DNA from: an uncultured Planctomycetota bacterium
GTDB taxonomy: Bacteria > Planctomycetota > Planctomycetia > Isosphaerales > Isosphaeraceae
Assembly: GCA_963823665.1 (NCBI GenBank)
Contig: CAWGMQ010000011.1
Coordinates: forward strand, 64,001 to 128,000
Direction of reading: 5' to 3'
Length of the DNA: 64,000 nucleotides
Within the stretch, counting starts at the first letter, position 1, and every line of letters starts with the position of its first letter. Shown piece by piece: positions 58,674-64,000 of the stretch. Under the pieces are notes generated by a model. It saw nothing but the letters and a program-made list of their open reading frames with translations. It was not told the DNA's origin and did no database searches. A program made the translations under genes and the position numbers.

Positions 58674-58731
58674 TCAAGAATGTAATGCATGTCCTTTTTT
58701 CTCCCTTTTCAAGAATGCAATGCATGTCCTT
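58674..58731. repeat. 23-bp direct repeat x2 (TCAAGAATGYAATGCATGTCCTT) upstream of the transposase remnant
   Basis: 58674-58696 and 58709-58731, 22/23 identical, AT-rich context. Confidence 0.8.
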
Positions 58732-59054
58732 CCGTCTCTTTTATTCTCATCAGCATCAGGAAGGCGGGCATGGCATTTGGTGCTTTCGTTAGATATATTG
58801 AGTTGAGGCAGTTATAACTGCTGGAGTTAATGCGTTGATCGCGCCTGTTCATCGAACCGACTCACGTTGTGGGCCGCGAGAACGCCGGCTGGCTGAAACC
58901 GTTCGACGAGGAAAACGCGGCGGCTGCGGCGCACGCGTCAACAAGAATACACGTTAAAGCCACCGGGGCCCAACCCTGTTTTGGGGTCCGGGCGATGGTT
59001 TGGCGTCATAGCTATCTGTCTGGGCGTAGTTCTAGCAATTCCCGTCCGAGGGTG

Positions 59055-59639
59055 ATGCAGGTGACCGCGACTTCCCTCAGCTTGCTGGAGCGGCTCAAGG
59101 AGGCCCAGCCGGAAGCCACGGACTGGAATCGGCTGCAAGGCACCTACTTGCCCCTGATTCAGAGGTGGCTCGGTCGCGTTCCCGGTCTTGGAGACGAGTG
59201 TGCCGACCTGGCTCAAGAAGTTCTCATCGTTGTGGTTCGCGCGGTGCCGGGATTTGATCGGCGGCGCGAGGGGTCGTTCCGGGCCTGGCTGAGGCAGGTA
59301 ACCGTGAACTAGATCCGGAACTACCGCAGGAAGCGCAAGCGCCGGCCTGCCGTGGGGCTCGATCCGGCCGACGGGTTTCTCGAGCGCCTCTCGAACGTGG
59401 CCGGCGATCTCGCCCGCGAGTGGGATCGGGATCACGACAAACATGTCGTTGAAAAGCTCCTGGCTGTCGTGCAACCCGACTTCAGCCCCACGACCTGGGC
59501 GGCGTTCCAGCGGTTCGGCGTCGATGGGGTTCCAGCCAGTCGTGTGGCCGAGGAATTGGGCGTTTCCGAGAACGCGGTCATTCTTGCCAAAGCTCGCGTT
59601 CTCAAGCGATTGAGGGAAGAGGCTGGCGACCTTTTGTGA
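59055..59639 (+). pseudogene. ECF sigma factor with in-frame TAG at 59310-59312
   Basis: TSLSLLERL..WNRL...YLPLI..DLAQEV..GSFRAWLRQVTVN*IRNY... continues in the same frame into region 4 (TWAAFQRF..VAEELGVSENAV..KARVLKRLR). May be intact if the stop is a basecall error. Confidence 0.8.
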
Positions 59640-59726
59640 CAAATTCCCGTTTTTGCGACAGGTTCGACGTGAAACCGGCCTTTTGCTGCAAACAGAGTCA
59701 CCAGACCAGTCGCCGGAGACAGCCCG

Positions 59727-62700
59727 ATGGAGACGAATTCAGGCCCGCATCCCAGTGACGATACCTTGTGTGAATACGGAATGGGGAAGCTCGACGACCG
59801 TTCCGCCGAGGCGATCGATGGGCATCTGGAACATTGCGCGGCTTGCAAGAAGCGAGTCGCCGAACTTTCGGCTGACAGCTTCCTGGACCGCGTAAGGCAA
59901 GCACGGAGGCATTCCGACAATCCGACGCCCGGCCGACCGGATCTGGCGGGGAAGAATCGCTGCGACAGCACGAGCCATGGGGCGGCCGGGGACATCCCGT
60001 TTTCGCGCGGAATTCCCGAAAACCCGGATTCCGAGATTGAGCGCGAATTCAGCGGGTCGCGGGCGAGCATGGCAACCTCGAGCGTACTTGCACGGATTGC
60101 CGCAACAGCCGGGCAGGTGCCGCATGTTCTGTTGCGCGACAGTGGGCTGTTGGGGGGCCCGGGCCCAATCGTGAAACCGTTGTCGAACGAGATGCCCGAG
60201 CGCTCCGAGGGTCGCGACCGCTACCAGTTATTTGGCGAGATTGCGCGCGGCGGGATGGGGGCCGTCCTCAAGGGACGTGATACTGATCTCGGCCGCGATC
60301 TGGCGGTCAAAGTTCTGCTCGAGACGCATCGGGACAAGCCGGAGCTGATCCGGCGCTTCGTCGAGGAGGCGCAGATCGGTGGCCAGTTGCAGCATCCTGG
60401 GATTGTACCGATTTACGAGCTGGGGACTTTTGCCGATAACCGACCCTTTTTTGCGATGAAGCTGGTCAAAGGCCGGACGCTGTCGAGCTTGCTCGATGAA
60501 CGTTCTGATCCGCCCCGCGACCTACCAAGTATTTTGCCGATCTTCGCAGCCGTGTGTCAGACGGTGGCGTATGCGCATGCGCGGGGCGTGATTCATCGCG
60601 ACCTGAAGCCGTCGAACATCATGGTCGGATCGTTCGGTGAGGTGCAGGTGATGGATTGGGGCCTGGCCAAGGTGCTGCCGCAGGGGGGCGCGGTCGATGA
60701 TGCATCGGCGGGCAAGACCGGGGTTGGAGAAACGGTGATCGCCACGGCCCGGAGCGGAGGCGATGTGGACTCCGATCTCTCGCGGGCCGGCAGCGTCATG
60801 GGCACTCCCTCGTACATGGCGCCTGAGCAAGCCCGGGGTTAGATCGATCGCCTTGACGAGCGGTGCGATGTCTTTGCGCTGGGGTCGATCCTGTGCGAAG
60901 TCCTGACGGGCCAGCCGGCGTTCACGGGGCGATCCCCTGGCGAGATCCAGCGCAAAGCCTCGCGCGGCGAGCTGAAAGACGCGATCGCGCACCTGGATGC
61001 GAGCGCCGTCGACGCGGAGCTGATCTCGCTTGCAAAGGATTGTCTGGCGGCCGAGCTGGAAGACCGCCCGCGGCACGCAAGCGAGGTGGCGGGGCGAGTC
61101 AGCGGCTACCAGACGGGCGTGCAGGAGCGGTTGCGACTGGCTGAGATCGGACGAGCCGAAGAGAAGGGCCGCGCTGAGGAGGCGACGAAGCGAGCCCGCG
61201 TGGAACGTGATCGCCTGCGGCTGACCGTGGCGCTGGCGGCGTCGGTGCTCGGGCTGGCAATGCTGGGAGGGGGCGGAGCGTTTTTGGTCATCCAGCAGCG
61301 CCAGGAACGGCTTTCCGTGGTGAAGGCGAACGTGGCGCGGATTCGAGTGTATCGGGATGAGGCTGAAGCGGCGGGGGGCGACCCGGCCGGCTGGCAAAAG
61401 GCACTTGCGGCGGCGGACGCGGCGGTGAACTCGATGCGCGACCTGGCCGGTTCGCCGGATGGCCAGGAACTGACGGCGCTTTACATGGAGATCGCCGAGA
61501 AAAAGGCGCAGGCGGAACGGGATCGGAAGCTTGTCGAGGAGTTGGCGAACCTGCGGATGATCGTGGACAACATCCCATTTGCAATGGGGATCAATCACGC
61601 GTCGGATCTGGCATCTCGGTTCGCATCGGCTTTAAGACGGTATGGGCTCGATCTGGAGAGAACATCGATCCCGGATGCGGTGGCGCGGTTAAGTGCGCGC
61701 CCGAATGCGATCGTCAAAGACGTGGTTGGCTTCCTCGACCACTTGCTCATGAACGGTGACCTCGCCGCTGGAGAGAATCAGAACGAAGAAGCGCCTCAAT
61801 TTGGAAAAGGTTCTCGAACTGGTTGGGGGCTTGGACGCCGACCCCGAACGAAACCGGCTGCGAGTTCTCCTTGAGCAGGCCGATCCCAAATCAGAGGCCC
61901 AGGCCCTCGCTGCGATGGGACGACAAACGAACCTGGTTGAGTCCGGCCCCGCGACAGCGTTACTCCTGGCACGGTTATTATCGCGGGCGGACGACTCGGA
62001 GAACGCCATCGCCGTGCTGCGTGCGGCCGTTATCAGATATCCGGGCGACCTGTGGACCGACCTCGAGCTCGCGTCGCAGCCCAGGCACTGCGGCCCGCCT
62101 CAAACCGTTGAGTCGATCCGCTTTTACACGGCTGCGCGCCGTCGAGCCGGAGATGGGCCGGGACCTCGCCGAGATCCTTCACCGTGAGAAACGAGACGAC
62201 GAGGCCGAGGCGACTCTCAATGCGATCGCCCGACTCGATCCGGAGCCGACGCACTGCCTGTTTCAGCTCTACTTGTTGCTGAAGTTCAGCGGCAAGAAGG
62301 AAAAGGCACGGTCCGTCCTCGACCGCATGATTGCTCCGATTCGAGAAAGGATCACGCGGGAAGGCAGCGATGCACTGACTCACCGGAAAATTGCTCTGCT
62401 GCTGTTTCTAGGCGACGACAAGCCTGGCGCCGTGGCGGAGTATCGTGAGGCTGCGCGGGCCGATCCAACGGACGCCGAGTGCCGGCGCCAGCTGGGTAGG
62501 CGACTTCGAATGCAAGGCGACTTGCCTGGGGCAATCGCGGCATACCGCGATTCGATCCGAATCGACCCGATGCGCGTGGGCGCGCATTACTCTCTCGCCG
62601 AACTTTTGGAGGATAGTGGCGACGAGCTCGGGGAGATTGCAGAGCTACTGGAAGCCGTTCGAGCCGAGGGCCATGACTCAGGTCCCTATTCGCCATCAAG

Positions 62701-63918
62701 GGTCAGCCAATACGGAAGCGATGTCACGTTCGACGACCACGAGATCGACACGCTCGCCGACGGTCTCGCGGACATGCATTTCATGACCCGCACCGCAGGC
62801 CCGCATGTTGGTTACAAACTCGGTAGCGTCCACAGGTTGGCGGGGGACAAGCCGGGCGCTATCACGAAGTACCGCGAGGCGATCGCCGCCGATCCCAATT
62901 CGGAAATTGAAGCTCGATTTGGGCTAGTTGTGACGCTTGGCGAATCGGGCGATTTTTCGGGAGCGATCGCCTCGTTCCGCGAGGCGATTGATCGCGAGCA
63001 CCTCGGGCAAGCCGGCCGCTTCTGTCTGCTTCGGGCAATCCTCATGGCCGAACGGCCCGACGAGGCAGTCGTCGCTCTCCGCCGGGTCAGGGAGCAGGCC
63101 GGTGACGACCGGACGATCAAGCAATCGATAGACGTGGGGATCCGCGAATTCGAAGAGCTCGCTAAATCCGGGCGCGAGTTCCGCGAATTCTTCATCTTTC
63201 CCCAGATCCAAAGGCTACTTTGGCCAGCCAATGCCACGAGCGCGGGTACTTCGCGGCCGCAGCAGCACTCTGGTCCGCGGGTTTCGCGGCGGACACGAAG
63301 CTGGCCGAGGACATGACAGCTCAGAACCGCTACAATGCAGCATGCGCCGCGGCGCTGGTGGCGGCCGGCAAAGGGATCGAAAAGCCGCCGCTGGATGAGC
63401 CGGCACGGACCCGCTGGCGAACGCAAGCCCTCGATTGGCTCAAGGCCGACCTCGCGTACTGGGCCAAGCAAGCCGAACGCGGTGAGATTCAAGCCAAGGC
63501 CCGCGTTCGGAAGACCCTCGAACACTGGATGCAAGATTCTGATCTCGCCGGCATCCGCGAAGAACAGGCAGTGAAGCAGCTCGCCGCAGATGAGCAGAAG
63601 ACCTGTCGAACGCTTTGGACGGAGGTAGATCACCTACTGACGAAGACCAGGCCGTGGTTCCGCGGCCGACCCTTTGAATTGAGTATTCTGATGATGCCAC
63701 AATCAGCGCGCTGTGCCACAGCTCATTTCGCCGCCTTGCGCCGCGGCCGCGACGATTTCAGATTAATTTCGATTTTCGCGACGGGTTCGCTGCGATTCGG
63801 GCCTTTCATTGAGAGATATCGTCACTGGACCCATCGCCGGAGACAGTCCCATGGATACCAATTCAAGCCCGCACCCGAGCGACCGGACGCTGAAATCGTA
63901 CAGTCTGGGCAAGCTTGA
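59727..63918 (+). pseudogene. Zinc-finger/Ser-Thr kinase/TPR protein with in-frame TAG at 60840-60842 and frameshifts near 61760, 62135 and 63200
   Basis: [64 protein letters not shown], TM, TPRs, terminal RYNAACAAAL...QALDWLKADL domain. The true 3' end is probably nearer 63680. Confidence 0.82.
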
Positions 63919-64000
63919 CGACGTATCGGCCCAGGCGGTCAACAAACACCTGGAGCGGTGCGCCCCTTGTCGAACTCGGGCCGCCGAGGCATCGCCCGAC
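63851..64000 (+). CDS. N-terminus of a paralogous zinc-finger anti-sigma-like protein (probable Ser/Thr kinase), runs off the window
   Basis: MDTNSSPHPSDRTLKSYSLGKLDDVSAQAVNKHLERCAPC, closely similar to the start of the 59727 gene. Confidence 0.85.
   Translation, partial: MDTNSSPHPSDRTLKSYSLGKLDDVSAQAVNKHLERCAPCRTRAAEASPD

Noticed and set aside
59310..60842. Genome-wide amber recoding or pyrrolysine
   Set aside because: TAG terminates several clearly complete genes here (for example at 1765, 25502, 27314, 31333), and no pyl genes or suppressor tRNA were seen.
1..64000. rRNA, tRNA, tmRNA, integrase or prophage genes
   Set aside because: None recognised by eye; a covariance-model scan would be needed to exclude small RNAs.

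Overview
High-GC bacterial chromosomal window that looks planctomycetal, probably Isosphaeraceae. This is inferred from ECF sigma factors with long C-terminal extensions, zinc-finger/Ser-Thr kinase-TPR/WD40 fusions, 'E.LE.R.LLS' secretion motifs, and a PQQ/heme-c dehydrogenase. It holds about 38 genes: Uma2 nuclease, NDP-sugar epimerase, PQQ/heme-c dehydrogenase, four ECF sigmas, three complete Ser/Thr kinases plus the start of a probable fourth, BlaI/BlaR1, esterase, PDZ protein, DUF4139/4140, YdeI, folD, sugar epimerase, two tandem paralog pairs, msrA, ABC permease, HEAT protein, YDG-repeat adhesin, a C2-like/DUF3006/ComEC-like MBL operon and a small YHS protein. A complete 1565-bp IS4-family (IS50-like) element with inverted repeats and an 8-bp target duplication interrupts a large TPR/C39-peptidase gene. 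A decayed accessory patch at about 55.3-59 kb holds REP-like hairpins, 21-bp repeats, a glycosyltransferase pseudogene and a Y1/HUH transposase remnant. It also holds the best novelty candidate: an overlapping two-gene module whose second gene carries a HEPN-type RxxxxH motif and whose partner is not a canonical nucleotidyltransferase. The adjacent ECF and kinase genes each carry an in-frame TAG in the same TAGATC context. About 13 single-base frameshifts in otherwise intact genes suggest long-read consensus errors. No rRNA, tRNA or CRISPR array was recognised. All family calls come from motif recognition by eye; no database searches were run.
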